The notes: a model not told the origin generated them from the letters alone. DNA of 64,000 nt from Acidimicrobiaceae bacterium (GCA_018699415.1 JABIQM010000086.1:2449-66448), one strand, 5' to 3'. Counted from the first letter of the stretch, positions 17,787 to 27,266 are shown. Translations and numbers: made by a program.

Positions 17787-17872
17787 GAAGTGCCACCACT
17801 ATCTCGATCGCTATTTTGTTAATGATGATCCTGGGTGCTGGCGCGCTTCAGTTCTTCCTGCTCGCCCGCTGA
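17783..17872 (+). CDS. candidate 29-aa hydrophobic micropeptide (MRSATTISIAILLMMILGAGALQFFLLAR)
   Basis: ATG overlaps the TGA of the DUF62 gene (ATGA). Contains a single predicted TM helix. GC3 is lower than in neighbouring genes and a TTA codon is present, so coding status is uncertain. Confidence 0.25.
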   Translation: MRSATTISIAILLMMILGAGALQFFLLAR

Positions 17873-17892
17873 GTAACCAGCAGACCTATATG

Positions 17893-17929
17893 CAACGCAC
17901 GAATGGGGTCTGTCCCCAGACGTGCGTTG
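17893..17929 (+). terminator. strong stem-loop (9-bp outer stem CAACGCACG/CGTGCGTTG plus inner GGGG/CCCC)
   Basis: Perfect complementary arms read directly from the sequence. Located 21 nt after the micropeptide stop. The downstream U-tract is weak (TTGTTAGG). Confidence 0.4.
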
Positions 17930-18176
17930 TTAGGTCAAGGCTGCGATGCGGTCGCGGGTGAAGGGCTAGGCGCCGGGCCAGACAACTGGCTAGTCGCGAC
18001 GGCGGGGAGCAGCCGGGACGTCTTGTGGCGTAATAGAGGGCGTGATCACGACACCGATTTCGTGGTGAAAGTTTCCTCGAGCGCGAAGTAGACATCCTCC
18101 ATTGACGCCTGCCGGAGGTTGGTCGCGTACTCATCAATTTCGTTGGCAGCGACGACGGGTTCAGTCGTCAGCGAGT

Positions 18177-18860
18177 TTAGGTACCGACGAGCTCAACCAT
18201 TCCGACCAGCATCACGACTCGGGCAGCATCGATGGACGGCGGTGCGAGAGGAGGAAGCGTGGTGCTTGGGGGAACCGTCGATAGAGGTGGCGATGGAGTC
18301 GGGTTGGCCCCGGCGGTTGTGGTTGGCGGGGGAGCAGTGACTGGGGGCGCGGTGGTTGTAGTCGCTGCCGTTTGGCCGGGCACCTTGATAAATCGATGGG
18401 TGGTGTACAACGCGTTCCCAACCCAAACGACGCCGACGCCGATCTGTGTGAAGTCTGGGTCAATGATGTTGGAGTAGTGGCCTGGACTGGCGACAAATGC
18501 GTCGACGAGGATTTGGACACCCCCACCCTTGCCGACGTTTTCGCCCATCTTTGACCACGGGCCGTTGTAGCCGGCGCTGATCGGGTCGGCGTGGAAGATG
18601 CCGCCGGCGTCTGCCATCACCTGTGCGTGGCCGCGGGAAAGGTCGGAGAGTTGAGAGTTCAGCGTGAGTGCAGGTAGCCCAACATTCGCTCGTACCTGAT
18701 TCAGGGCAGTGACGAAGGCGGCCTCGTCTGAGCCGCTGGCTAATGCATCGTCTGCGCTTACGGCGGTGACGGTGGCGACCGCCATCAGTAAGGCGGCACA
18801 GATAGCTCCGAATCGGATCGAAAACCCTGATTTTAGCGAAGCATTAGGTACGCGGAGCAT
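18177..18860 (-). CDS. secreted CAP/SCP (YkwD-like) domain protein with Pro/Thr-rich C-terminal tail
   Basis: 227 aa. N-terminal signal-like hydrophobic segment, then a CAP-domain pattern (FVTALNQVRANVGLPAL...HAQVMA...GENVG...GHYSNI), then a TTTTAPPVTAPPPTTT linker. Confidence 0.8.
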   Translation of the reverse strand: MLRVPNASLKSGFSIRFGAICAALLMAVATVTAVSADDALASGSDEAAFVTALNQVRANVGLPALTLNSQLSDLSRGHAQVMADAGGIFHADPISAGYNGPWSKMGENVGKGGGVQILVDAFVASPGHYSNIIDPDFTQIGVGVVWVGNALYTTHRFIKVPGQTAATTTTAPPVTAPPPTTTAGANPTPSPPLSTVPPSTTLPPLAPPSIDAARVVMLVGMVELVGT

Positions 18861-18982
18861 CTCGGTATGTCTTTCGGCTCGCGCCCCCTTGGTCTTGAGG
18901 ATGAAGCGCGGATTCGGCCCAGTAGTTTCGAGCGCCCTCGGCGTGTAACAATCATGAGCATGCCCACTCCCAAGGGAACACC

Positions 18983-20482
18983 GTGAACCTTGCCAGTCTC
19001 ATTGATGATCATCCAGCCGATCGCACCGCGATCGTTGCCGGTGGTGATCGCATCTCTTATGGGCGTCTACGCGAGGAGGTTGCGAAGACCCGAGGCGTGC
19101 TGGAGTCGCTAGGACTCGAGCCGGGTGATCGAGTGGCGATCCTCTGTGGGACGAATTTTCGGTTCGTGCGAGCCTGGTTCGGCATCCTTGGAGCGGGCAT
19201 GGTCGCCGTGCCGCTCAACCCCCAGAGCCCCGCCCGCGAGATCCAGCGCGAGTTTGCTTCGGCCAACGTGCGGGCAGTCATCGCCGGTCCTGCCGGAGTC
19301 TCCGTCCTCCGTGATCTTGATCGCGCCGAGAACCCCATGCTTGAGCATGTCCTTGTCCCGGCTGGTGTCGAGATTGATGGCGCCGTTGATCTCGACACGC
19401 TTCGAGAGGACGTCATCCCAGCTGAACGGGTCGACCGCGATGACGAAGATCTGGCGGCGCTGCTGTTCACCAGCGGTACCGCCGGTGACCCCAAGGCCGC
19501 CATGCTCACCCATGGAAACCTCGCCGTGAATCTGCGCCAGGTGCAGTCAACGGGCGGACGGATCGCTCGTCCTGATGACGTATCCCTTTGCGTTGTCCCG
19601 CTTTTCCATGTGCTTGGGCTCAACTCCATCCTGAATCTCACGCTCTGGACAGGTGCCACACTGGTGCTGGTAGAGCGTTTTGACCCGGTCTCGATGTTCG
19701 AGACCGTCGCGGAGGAGCGGGTGAGTGTTTTGGTTGGCCCCCCGACCATGTGGGCTGCCATGAGTCAGGTTGACCTCGTGCCCGATGATGCATTGTCGAC
19801 GGTTCGACTCGCAGTCTCGGGTGCGGCAGCGTTGCCGGATCGGGTTGTCGAGGACGTTATGGGTCGCTTCGGCGTGCGGATCTTCGAGGGCTACGGTCTT
19901 ACTGAAGCATCACCAAGCGTCACGGTGTCAACAGAGGACGAGACTCCAGTCGGCAGTATCGGCCGTCCGCTTCCCGGTATTGAGGTGAGGGTCGTCGATC
20001 CCGATGGCGGCGACGTTTACGTCGGTGATGCCGGTGAGATCCTCGTCCGTGGCCCCAATGTTTTTCTCGGGTACCTCGGCGACGATCAAGCCACCTTGGG
20101 GGCTCTCGATGGTGACGGTTGGCTCCACACCGGAGATGTCGCTGTGGTGGATGACGACGGCTATCTCTACATCGTTGACCGAATGAAAGACCTCATCATT
20201 GTCTCTGGCTTCAACGTCTACCCCGCCGAAGTCGAACGGGTTCTCAACGCTCATCCCGCGGTAGCGGAGTCAGGCGTGGTTGGTGTCGCTCATCCCCACA
20301 GCGGCGAAGCGGTGAAGGCCTTTGTGGTCGCCGAGCGTGGGAGCGTCGTAGAAGAAGACGACCTGATCGAGTGGTGCGCCACTGAACTCGCCCGCTACAA
20401 GTGCCCGACCAAGATCGATGTGGTCGACGAGATCCCTCGGGGCCTCGGTGGCAAGATCGTCCGCCGTAAACTCGGCTCCTGA
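18983..20482 (+). CDS. AMP-dependent acyl-CoA synthetase/ligase
   Basis: 499 aa. LLFTSGTAGDPKAAMLTHGNL (AMP-binding P-loop), YGLTE, GWLHTGD and PRGLGGKIVRRKL motifs. Confidence 0.9.
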   Translation: MNLASLIDDHPADRTAIVAGGDRISYGRLREEVAKTRGVLESLGLEPGDRVAILCGTNFRFVRAWFGILGAGMVAVPLNPQSPAREIQREFASANVRAVIAGPAGVSVLRDLDRAENPMLEHVLVPAGVEIDGAVDLDTLREDVIPAERVDRDDEDLAALLFTSGTAGDPKAAMLTHGNLAVNLRQVQSTGGRIARPDDVSLCVVPLFHVLGLNSILNLTLWTGATLVLVERFDPVSMFETVAEERVSVLVGPPTMWAAMSQVDLVPDDALSTVRLAVSGAAALPDRVVEDVMGRFGVRIFEGYGLTEASPSVTVSTEDETPVGSIGRPLPGIEVRVVDPDGGDVYVGDAGEILVRGPNVFLGYLGDDQATLGALDGDGWLHTGDVAVVDDDGYLYIVDRMKDLIIVSGFNVYPAEVERVLNAHPAVAESGVVGVAHPHSGEAVKAFVVAERGSVVEEDDLIEWCATELARYKCPTKIDVVDEIPRGLGGKIVRRKLGS

Positions 20483-21451
20483 TTGATGCGGGCCAGCCGG
20501 CTCGGTGAGGGGCCGATCATCTCGGCCAACTCGGATCCGAGCATCGGTCGCAACATCCAGGGACCATCGGTCATTGGCGTTCCGGACTGGGTGGTGGATC
20601 CCCTTGGTCGCTTCTATCTCTACTTCGCTGACCACAAGGGCGGCCATATCCGCCTTGCCTACGCCGATGCAGTTGAGGGCCCGTGGACCGTTCACTCACC
20701 GGGCGCGCTCGGGCTGGCCGACTCGCACTTTCTGACTGAAGAGATCGAACTCGACGATGCCACGTTCGCCTCCATCGAGGCGGCGTACTCTGGGGCGCTC
20801 GGCGATGCAGCACCCGTGGATCTTCGCTCCGATCTGGTCACTCCTCACATTGCTTCACCTGATGTGCACGTCGATGACGATCGCCGCCAGGTTGTCATGT
20901 ACTTCCACGGCCTCGAGTCGCTTGCGGTCCAGTCTTCACGGCGCGCGGTCTCCCCTGACGGCATCCATTTTGTTGTGGCACCGCTCATCCTCGGTCCGTC
21001 CTACTTCAGGGTCTTTCAATACGCTGGCTGGCACTATGCGCTGGTGATGCCGGGGACCATTCACCGCTCGGTCGATGGAGTTGCGGACTTTCTTGCCGGT
21101 CCCACGTTGTTCGACCCAGCGATGCGTCACTCGGCGGTCCGAGTTGTCGGCGATTTGCTCGAGGTCTACTGGACGCGAGCCGGTGACAGCCCCGAGCGGG
21201 TCTATCGCGCCACGATCGATCTCCGTCCCGACTGGATGGACTGGTCAGTCAGTGCCCCGACGGAGATCTTGCGACCGGAGTGTGACTGGGAGGGTGCCGC
21301 CGAACCACTCGTTCCATCGCTTCGTGGCGCGGTCAACGAACTCGTCAACCAGCTGCGTGATCCGTGCATCTTTGAAGATGGAGGTCGCACGTTCCTCTTC
21401 TACGCCAGCGGTGGCGAGTCCGGAATCGGTCTGGCCGAACTGCTCGGATAG
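20483..21451 (+). CDS. hypothetical protein, possibly a beta-propeller glycoside-hydrolase-like fold
   Basis: 322 aa with good GC3 and abutting the acyl-CoA ligase stop. Repeated W/Y-x-hydrophobic blade-like segments (FYLYFADHKGG, VVMYFHG, TFLFYASGG). I recognise no diagnostic catalytic motif. Confidence 0.5.
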   Translation: MMRASRLGEGPIISANSDPSIGRNIQGPSVIGVPDWVVDPLGRFYLYFADHKGGHIRLAYADAVEGPWTVHSPGALGLADSHFLTEEIELDDATFASIEAAYSGALGDAAPVDLRSDLVTPHIASPDVHVDDDRRQVVMYFHGLESLAVQSSRRAVSPDGIHFVVAPLILGPSYFRVFQYAGWHYALVMPGTIHRSVDGVADFLAGPTLFDPAMRHSAVRVVGDLLEVYWTRAGDSPERVYRATIDLRPDWMDWSVSAPTEILRPECDWEGAAEPLVPSLRGAVNELVNQLRDPCIFEDGGRTFLFYASGGESGIGLAELLG

Positions 21452-21453
21452 CG

Positions 21454-22677
21454 CTAGGGAATCGAGCGAATTGACTTGTGCCAGGAGAGACTGGCGGCGA
21501 CCACGATGGTGGCAGCGCCAACAGTGCGCATCGTGTTGGTTGGCTCCATGAGCCTCGACAGCGCTGCGGCGATGCCGGCACCGATCGGAAGTCCGCCCAT
21601 GAATCCCATCATCATGAGCCCCATGACTCGCCCCATCATCTCTGGTGCAGTGTTGTGCTGCAGGACGGTGCGATGACTGGCCATTGCGACGCCGGCGTTC
21701 ATCCCCCAGGCCAACATGACGGCAACTGCGACGAAAAGGTTGGGCGCGAAGCTGAGTAAGAGTTGGCCGCCGCCAAGCCCGATGCCGATGCAAATGGCCA
21801 TGTTTCGGCCATGGCGAACGTTGGTCTTGTTGGCCATGAATGCCGAGCTGATGAGCATGCCGAAGCCGAATGCCCCGAGGACTGTGCCCGCGCTGGCAGC
21901 TTCGCGTTCGTAGACGTCTTCGACCACGCGAGGCATCGAGATCTGCATGACTGCAAACGAACTCCCGAGAACCAAGCTGATCAGCAGAAGGTTGCGAATC
22001 AGCTCGGTTTGTGCCGCATAGGTGCAACCTTCTCGGATCGACTTTCCGAGGCTTTTCGAAGCTGTCTGTTTGGATCCTTCGGTAATTTCGTCGGGGGGGA
22101 TCACAACCTTGCGGATACTGAGTAGCGAGATCAGTGCGAACCCTGTGAGAAACGCAAATCCGCCGGCGTCACCCAGGACTTGGATTGCCACGCCGGCGAC
22201 GATCACGCCGCTGAAACCGGCTGCCTGCATGGCTCCGTTTTGAAGCGCCACTGCGTTCATTAGCCGATCGCCGGGTACGAGCAGCGAGACCATTGCATTC
22301 AAGTTCGGTGGGTTCACTGTGATGATGGTGCCGATAAAGACAGCGGCCACTCCGGTCCGGAACGGGGTCGCCCAACCGGTGGCAATCATTGCGGTCACGG
22401 TGGCCAGGCCGACGATGAGGGCTGTTGTCCACACGACGAACAACCGCTTGCGGTCAACGCGATCTGAATAGGCCCCAGCGGGGAGCGACAAGAGCATTGC
22501 GGGGAGGCCAAGACAGACGGCAACGAGTCCTTCGGCCGCGGTCCAGTCGGTGAGCGTGATTACGAGCCAGACAAATGTGAACCGTGAAGTTCCGTTGATA
22601 CCGGCGAGGAAGGTCTGGGCGACAAGGAAGCCTCGGTAGTTTTTGTCCTGGAGGAGTTCGCGAGCGGGGTTTGACAT
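21454..22677 (-). CDS. MFS transporter
   Basis: 407 aa with about 12 hydrophobic segments and a GAYSDRVDRKR motif in the loop 2-3 position. Confidence 0.85.
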   Translation of the reverse strand: MSNPARELLQDKNYRGFLVAQTFLAGINGTSRFTFVWLVITLTDWTAAEGLVAVCLGLPAMLLSLPAGAYSDRVDRKRLFVVWTTALIVGLATVTAMIATGWATPFRTGVAAVFIGTIITVNPPNLNAMVSLLVPGDRLMNAVALQNGAMQAAGFSGVIVAGVAIQVLGDAGGFAFLTGFALISLLSIRKVVIPPDEITEGSKQTASKSLGKSIREGCTYAAQTELIRNLLLISLVLGSSFAVMQISMPRVVEDVYEREAASAGTVLGAFGFGMLISSAFMANKTNVRHGRNMAICIGIGLGGGQLLLSFAPNLFVAVAVMLAWGMNAGVAMASHRTVLQHNTAPEMMGRVMGLMMMGFMGGLPIGAGIAAALSRLMEPTNTMRTVGAATIVVAASLSWHKSIRSIP

Positions 22678-22720
22678 AACGGTGTGACACTAGTGAGTTG
22701 GGCCGCTTGTGCGATTGTGA

Positions 22721-22738
22721 TTGTGAATATGTGCACAA
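22721..22738. promoter_or_regulatory. Rex operator (ROP)-like site TTGTGAAtatgTGCACAA
   Basis: Matches the TTGTGAA-N4-TTCACAA Rex consensus with one mismatch. An extra TTGTGA half-site lies directly upstream (22715-22720). The site is 18 nt upstream of the rex ATG and next to a TANNNT box (TACGTT, 22744-22749). Confidence 0.6.
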
Positions 22739-22755
22739 GCTCGTACGTTGGACGT

Positions 22756-23403
22756 ATGGCTGGATCGGGACACATCCCCGAAGCAACTGTCGCTCGGCTC
22801 CCGCTTTACCTGCGGGCGCTTGGGGAGGTCGCGCCACCCGGGCAGAGCACTGTTTCGTCCGAAGAATTGGCCGATCTTTCTGGTGTGAATGCAGCCAAGG
22901 TCCGCAAGGATCTTTCCTACCTCGGCACGTATGGCACGCGCGGGGTTGGCTACGAGTCCGACTATCTGAAATTTGAAATCAGCCGTGCGCTTGGTCTGTC
23001 CAACACCTGGCCAGTGGTGGTGTGTGGCCTCGGCAACCTTGGCCGCGCTCTCGCTAACCACACCGGGTTCACCGATGCCGGCTTCCCGGTTGCCGCTGCC
23101 GTTGATACGGACCTTGACAAGATCGGCGCCACAATCGATGGCGTACCCGTGTTTGCGCCCGCAGACCTGAGCGAAGTAGTCAACGAGTTCGAGATCGCCA
23201 TCGGAGTCATCGCTACACCGGCGAGCGCCGCGCAGGGAGTCGCCGAGGCACTCGTCGAGGCTGAGGTGAAGTCGATCATGAGTTTCGTCCCAACAGTTCT
23301 GACCGTCCCCGACGACGTCGAATTGCGGGTGGTTGATTTGGCCACCGAGCTTCAGATCCTCGGCTTTCATCTGCACCGCTCGAATGGGGAGGTGGGGACG
23401 TGA
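22756..23403 (+). CDS. rex: redox-sensing transcriptional repressor Rex
   Basis: Track ORF trimmed to the ATG at 22756, downstream of the operator. IPEATVARLPLYLRAL...LSYLGTYGTRGVGY...VVCGLGNLGRALAN (winged helix plus Rossmann GxGxxG) is the classic Rex pattern. Confidence 0.9.
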   Translation: MAGSGHIPEATVARLPLYLRALGEVAPPGQSTVSSEELADLSGVNAAKVRKDLSYLGTYGTRGVGYESDYLKFEISRALGLSNTWPVVVCGLGNLGRALANHTGFTDAGFPVAAAVDTDLDKIGATIDGVPVFAPADLSEVVNEFEIAIGVIATPASAAQGVAEALVEAEVKSIMSFVPTVLTVPDDVELRVVDLATELQILGFHLHRSNGEVGT

Positions 23404-23450
23404 CGGTTACGGCCCGATCGGCTTCTCGCGCCGCGCGAAGGGTACGATAG

Positions 23451-24716
23451 ATGCCGATGTCTCTCGTCGCTATCGGCTGCAACCACCGTTCCACGCCGCT
23501 CGATTCTCTCGAACGCATGACGGTCGCGCCCGAGGAACTGTCGAAGGCTCTCGCCGACCTCGGGTCAGCGGAGAACCTTTCCGAAGTCGTCGTCCTGAGC
23601 ACCTGCAACCGCGTCGAGATCTACGCGCTCGCTGAGCGGTTCCATGGTGGCTATCACGACGTGCGCGAGTTCTTGTGTCGTCACGCCGGTCTCGCCCCAG
23701 AAGATGTGGCCGACCATATTTACGCTTTGCACGACATCGAGGCCGTCCGGCACCTCTTCTCTGTTGTCTCCGGGCTCGACTCCGCGGTTGTGGGTGAGCA
23801 CGAAATACTCGGTCAAGTCCGCAACGCTTGGGACACTGCCCGCGATGAAGGCACGTTGGGGTCCACGCTCGAGCCGCTATTTCGGCATGCGGTCGAGTGT
23901 GGCAAGAAGGTTCGCACCGAGACCACCATTGGTCGAGGCATCGCTTCTGTCAGCCAGGCCGCTGTTGCCATGGCAAAGGATCGCCTCGGTGCGCTCACTG
24001 ATCGAACTGTGCTTGTGCTCGGCGCGGGCGAGATGGCCGAAGGCACCGTCAAGACCCTCGCTGCCGCTGGTACCCAGCAGATTTTTGTTGCCAATCGCAC
24101 ATGGGATCGGGCCGAGCGACTTGCCGGTGTCTGTGACGGTCAAGCCGTGGCTCTCGACAACCTCACCGACACACTCGCTCATGTCGACGTCCTCGTCACC
24201 ACCACCGGGGCCACCGACCTGATTCTCGAACGCACCGCTGTCGCCGATCTCTTGGCGTCGCGTGAAGGTCGCGAGCTCTTGATTGTCGATGTGGCCGTGC
24301 CTCGTGATGTTGACCCTGAAGCCGCTGACCTGTCTGGTATCACCCTCCTTGATATGGAAGCGATCGGTGAGTTCATCGAAGTGCAGATGGAAGGCCGCAC
24401 TGCAGTTGTGGTCGATGTCGAGCACATCGTCACGAATGAGGTTGAACGATTTCATGCCCTCAACTCAGCTCGCGAAGTCGCACCGCTGATTGGTGAGCTA
24501 CGGGGCAAGGCGGACAAGATCGTTGATGGCGAACTCGATCGTTTCTCGGCCAAACTCGCCGACCTCGAACCGGCTGAGCGTGCCGCGGTCGAAGCACTGG
24601 CCCACGGTTTGGTCAACAAGATGCTCCATGAGCCCACGGTTCGGTTGAAGGACGCTGCCGGCAAGGCCCGCGGCGACCGTCTCGCCGAATCGCTACGCGA
24701 TCTGTTCGATCTCTAG
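23451..24716 (+). CDS. hemA: glutamyl-tRNA reductase
   Basis: 421 aa. VLSTCNRVEIY (catalytic Cys), HLFSVVSGLDSAVVGE and LGAGEMAE NADPH-binding motifs. Confidence 0.95.
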   Translation: MPMSLVAIGCNHRSTPLDSLERMTVAPEELSKALADLGSAENLSEVVVLSTCNRVEIYALAERFHGGYHDVREFLCRHAGLAPEDVADHIYALHDIEAVRHLFSVVSGLDSAVVGEHEILGQVRNAWDTARDEGTLGSTLEPLFRHAVECGKKVRTETTIGRGIASVSQAAVAMAKDRLGALTDRTVLVLGAGEMAEGTVKTLAAAGTQQIFVANRTWDRAERLAGVCDGQAVALDNLTDTLAHVDVLVTTTGATDLILERTAVADLLASREGRELLIVDVAVPRDVDPEAADLSGITLLDMEAIGEFIEVQMEGRTAVVVDVEHIVTNEVERFHALNSAREVAPLIGELRGKADKIVDGELDRFSAKLADLEPAERAAVEALAHGLVNKMLHEPTVRLKDAAGKARGDRLAESLRDLFDL

Positions 24717-24723
24717 AGCGGGC

Positions 24724-25614
24724 ATGTCTCAGAGCCGGCCGTTGCGAGCCGCCACCCGCGGAAGTGCTTTGGCGTTGTGGCAGACCCGTCATGTTGCGGA
24801 CTTGCTTGGTTACCCGATCGAAGAAGTGGTCGTTTCGACGGTCGGTGACCGGCGTACGGATGTGCCAATCCACTCGATGGGAGGCAAGGGCGTGTTCGTC
24901 AAAGAGGTTCAGGCCGCAGTTCTCGATGGCCGCGCTGACTTCGCCGTGCACTCCGGCAAGGATTTGCCAGCGGTCACACCCGACGAGCTTGTCGTTGCCG
25001 CCATCCCCGCCCGGGCCGATGCTCGTGACGCGCTGGTCGGTGCGTTGTGGGACTCGCTTGCCCCAGGCGCCAGGGTCGCTACGGGATCTGTGCGGCGTAG
25101 AGCGCAGATGGCGTGGCACCGGCCTGACCTGAAGTTTTCAGAGCTCCGCGGCAATATCCAAACCCGTCTTGAGAAGGCTGCCGGCTTCGATGCGATTGTC
25201 ATGGCTGCCGCCGCCATCGAACGTATGGACATCGACGCTGGCGTCGTCGACGTGCTTGACCCGTCCATCATGGTGCCCCAGGTTGCGCAAGGTGCGCTGA
25301 TGATCGAATGCCGTGCCGATGATGTCGACACGCTGGCCGCGCTTGCCATGATTGATGACGCGCCGACCCGTCGGGTCGTCGATGCGGAGCGTGCGTTCTT
25401 GTCCGAGCTGGGCGGCGACTGCGATCTTCCGGCCGGCGCCTACGCGGTGCTGATCGGTGACGAGATCGAACTGGTCGGTATGTTGTCGTCGCTGGATGGG
25501 CGAGTGCTCATTCGCGAGCGGCGCATCAGTTCCGAACCTGAGGTGCTTGGTCGGAGCGTGGCCCGGTTCCTGCTCGACGACGCCGGAGGCACGGACCTCC
25601 TCGCTGACATCTGA
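24724..25614 (+). CDS. hemC: hydroxymethylbilane synthase (porphobilinogen deaminase)
   Basis: 296 aa. ATRGSALALWQT, GGKGVFVKE, LRGNIQTRL and ELGGDCDLP motifs. Confidence 0.95.
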   Translation: MSQSRPLRAATRGSALALWQTRHVADLLGYPIEEVVVSTVGDRRTDVPIHSMGGKGVFVKEVQAAVLDGRADFAVHSGKDLPAVTPDELVVAAIPARADARDALVGALWDSLAPGARVATGSVRRRAQMAWHRPDLKFSELRGNIQTRLEKAAGFDAIVMAAAAIERMDIDAGVVDVLDPSIMVPQVAQGALMIECRADDVDTLAALAMIDDAPTRRVVDAERAFLSELGGDCDLPAGAYAVLIGDEIELVGMLSSLDGRVLIRERRISSEPEVLGRSVARFLLDDAGGTDLLADI

Positions 25615-26414
25615 TGACTGTCGGGCCGCTGTGCGGACTCCGGGTGGTGGTCCCACGTCCTCGTTCTCAGGCCGCTGCGCTTGTTGCTGCGCTTGAGGCA
25701 GTTGGGGCGACAGCTCTATCGGTGCCGGTGATCGACATTGTCGACCCCGACGATGGTGGGGCGGTCTTGGAGTCGGCCGTGCGATTGCTTGCGCCCAGCG
25801 ATTGGCTTGTCTTCACTAGTCCCAATGGCGTATCTCGGGTCGACTCGGCCGAGGTTGCGACAGGTGTTCGCATCGCGTGCATCGGGCCAGGCACCAGAGC
25901 CCGAGCGGAGGCCCTCGGGTTCACTGTTGATCTTGTTCCCGATCGATCGATTGCAGAAGGGCTTATCGAAGCTTTCCCTGCCCCGCCTGTGTCTGGCGGA
26001 CGAGTCGTGCTCGCCCGGGCCGCTTCGGCCCGATCGGTGCTGCCTGACGAGCTACGCGCCGCGGGATGGAGCGTTGAGGATGTGACCGCCTATCACACGG
26101 TCGCAGTGACGGTCGATGACTCGGGCCGAGAGGCATGTAGCGATGCCGACGCGGTGGTGTTCACATCGGGTTCCACAGTGACCCACCTCGTCGACCAGGT
26201 TGGCGTCGATGGGCTTCCGCCGGTGGTCGCCGTCATCGGCCCCGCCACTGCTGAGGTTGCTGTGGATCTCGCAGTTGAGGTCACCGCCGAAGCCGCCATT
26301 CATACGATCCCGGGCCTGGTGGACGCACTGGTCGACTATTTCAACGATCGGGTCGTGATCCACACCGAGGATGGCTTCGACACCGGCCAGGCTCCCGGTG
26401 CTGGCCCTGTCTGA
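25614..26414 (+). CDS. hemD: uroporphyrinogen-III synthase
   Basis: 266 aa. HemD-like pattern (LVFTSPNGV ... VVFTSGSTV). Position directly after hemC, with the ATG at 25614 overlapping the hemC TGA stop by 1 nt. Confidence 0.8.
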   Translation: MTVGPLCGLRVVVPRPRSQAAALVAALEAVGATALSVPVIDIVDPDDGGAVLESAVRLLAPSDWLVFTSPNGVSRVDSAEVATGVRIACIGPGTRARAEALGFTVDLVPDRSIAEGLIEAFPAPPVSGGRVVLARAASARSVLPDELRAAGWSVEDVTAYHTVAVTVDDSGREACSDADAVVFTSGSTVTHLVDQVGVDGLPPVVAVIGPATAEVAVDLAVEVTAEAAIHTIPGLVDALVDYFNDRVVIHTEDGFDTGQAPGAGPV

Positions 26415-26621
26415 CCCACACGTATTGTTGCCCCACGATGTCGCTGCTATCCGCACATCTGGATCGACGAGTCCGTGCAGGATTGCGGGCGTGAGCGGCT
26501 CGTCGCCGAGGACCCTCGGTGTGGTCTGCGGCGGTAGTAGTTGGAGACGAATGAGCCGTTCACGGAAATGATCGCCTTCTACCGGTTCGCTCTTGACCTT
26601 GATTGAGGTCATGATCACCGG

Positions 26622-27266
26622 ATGATTCTTTCCGCCGTCATATTTGACTTCGACGGCACGATCGCCGACACGGAGTGGCCGATCTTTGAGATGGTACGAG
26701 CCGCTTATGAGGCACACGACCTCGAGGTGCATCTTGAGGACTGGGTGCATTCGATCGGCAAAGCCGACAATCGCCCCTTGCACGAGCATCTCGAAGAACG
26801 CCTCGGACGGCCTCCTGATGCCGACGCAATCGAGCAGGCCCGTGCGGCCCACGAGCATGCTCGTTACTCGGTCCCGGCCTTGCCCGGCGTTGTCCAGCTG
26901 ATCGAAGCCGTCGTAGCCGCCGGCCTGCCGTTGGCGGTAGCAAGCAGTTCGCCGATTTCGTGGGTTGACCCTCATCTTGAGCGGCTCGAACTCCGTCGAC
27001 ACTTCGCCGCAGTCCGCACCCGTGACCATGTCGATCGCGGCAAGCCCCATCCCGACCTGTTCCTCGCTGCGGCTGCTGCGCTTGAGGTCGATCCGGTCGA
27101 GACTCTGGTCATCGAAGACTCAAAGCACGGTTGCTCTGCCGCCAAAGCCGCAGGGATGACGTGCATCGTGGTCCCTAATCGCATCACCAAGCTCGACGTC
27201 CACCCCGACGCAGACATCGTTCTTGACTCCCTGCTGGACTTCCCGTTCCGCCGTTTCGGCCTCTGA
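26622..27266 (+). CDS. HAD-superfamily hydrolase (beta-phosphoglucomutase-like subfamily IA)
   Basis: 214 aa. VIFDFDGTIADTE motif I, SSS motif II, K...EDS motif III/IV. Confidence 0.85.
   Translation: MILSAVIFDFDGTIADTEWPIFEMVRAAYEAHDLEVHLEDWVHSIGKADNRPLHEHLEERLGRPPDADAIEQARAAHEHARYSVPALPGVVQLIEAVVAAGLPLAVASSSPISWVDPHLERLELRRHFAAVRTRDHVDRGKPHPDLFLAAAAALEVDPVETLVIEDSKHGCSAAKAAGMTCIVVPNRITKLDVHPDADIVLDSLLDFPFRRFGL

Noticed and set aside
18046-18170. Short minus-strand open frame ...TEPVVAANEIDEYATNLRQASMEDVYFALEETFTTKSVS* resembling the C-terminal tail of an ABC-transporter ATPase
   Set aside because: Only ~40 codons are open, bounded upstream by a stop, with no start codon or Walker motifs. 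At best it is a decayed fragment. The resemblance is from memory and too weak to call a pseudogene.
18861-18982. Riboswitch (ydaO/c-di-AMP type) upstream of the CAP-domain secreted protein gene
   Set aside because: The spacer is only 122 nt, and I could not find the conserved ydaO core segments or pseudo-symmetric helices.
26415-26611. Minus-strand reading frame starting at ATG 26611 (MTSIKVKSEPVEGDHFRERLIRLQLL...) in the hemD-HAD spacer
   Set aside because: The first ~65 codons look protein-like, but the frame has no stop until 26052, deep inside hemD on the opposite strand. I recognise no family, so I cannot support it as a gene.
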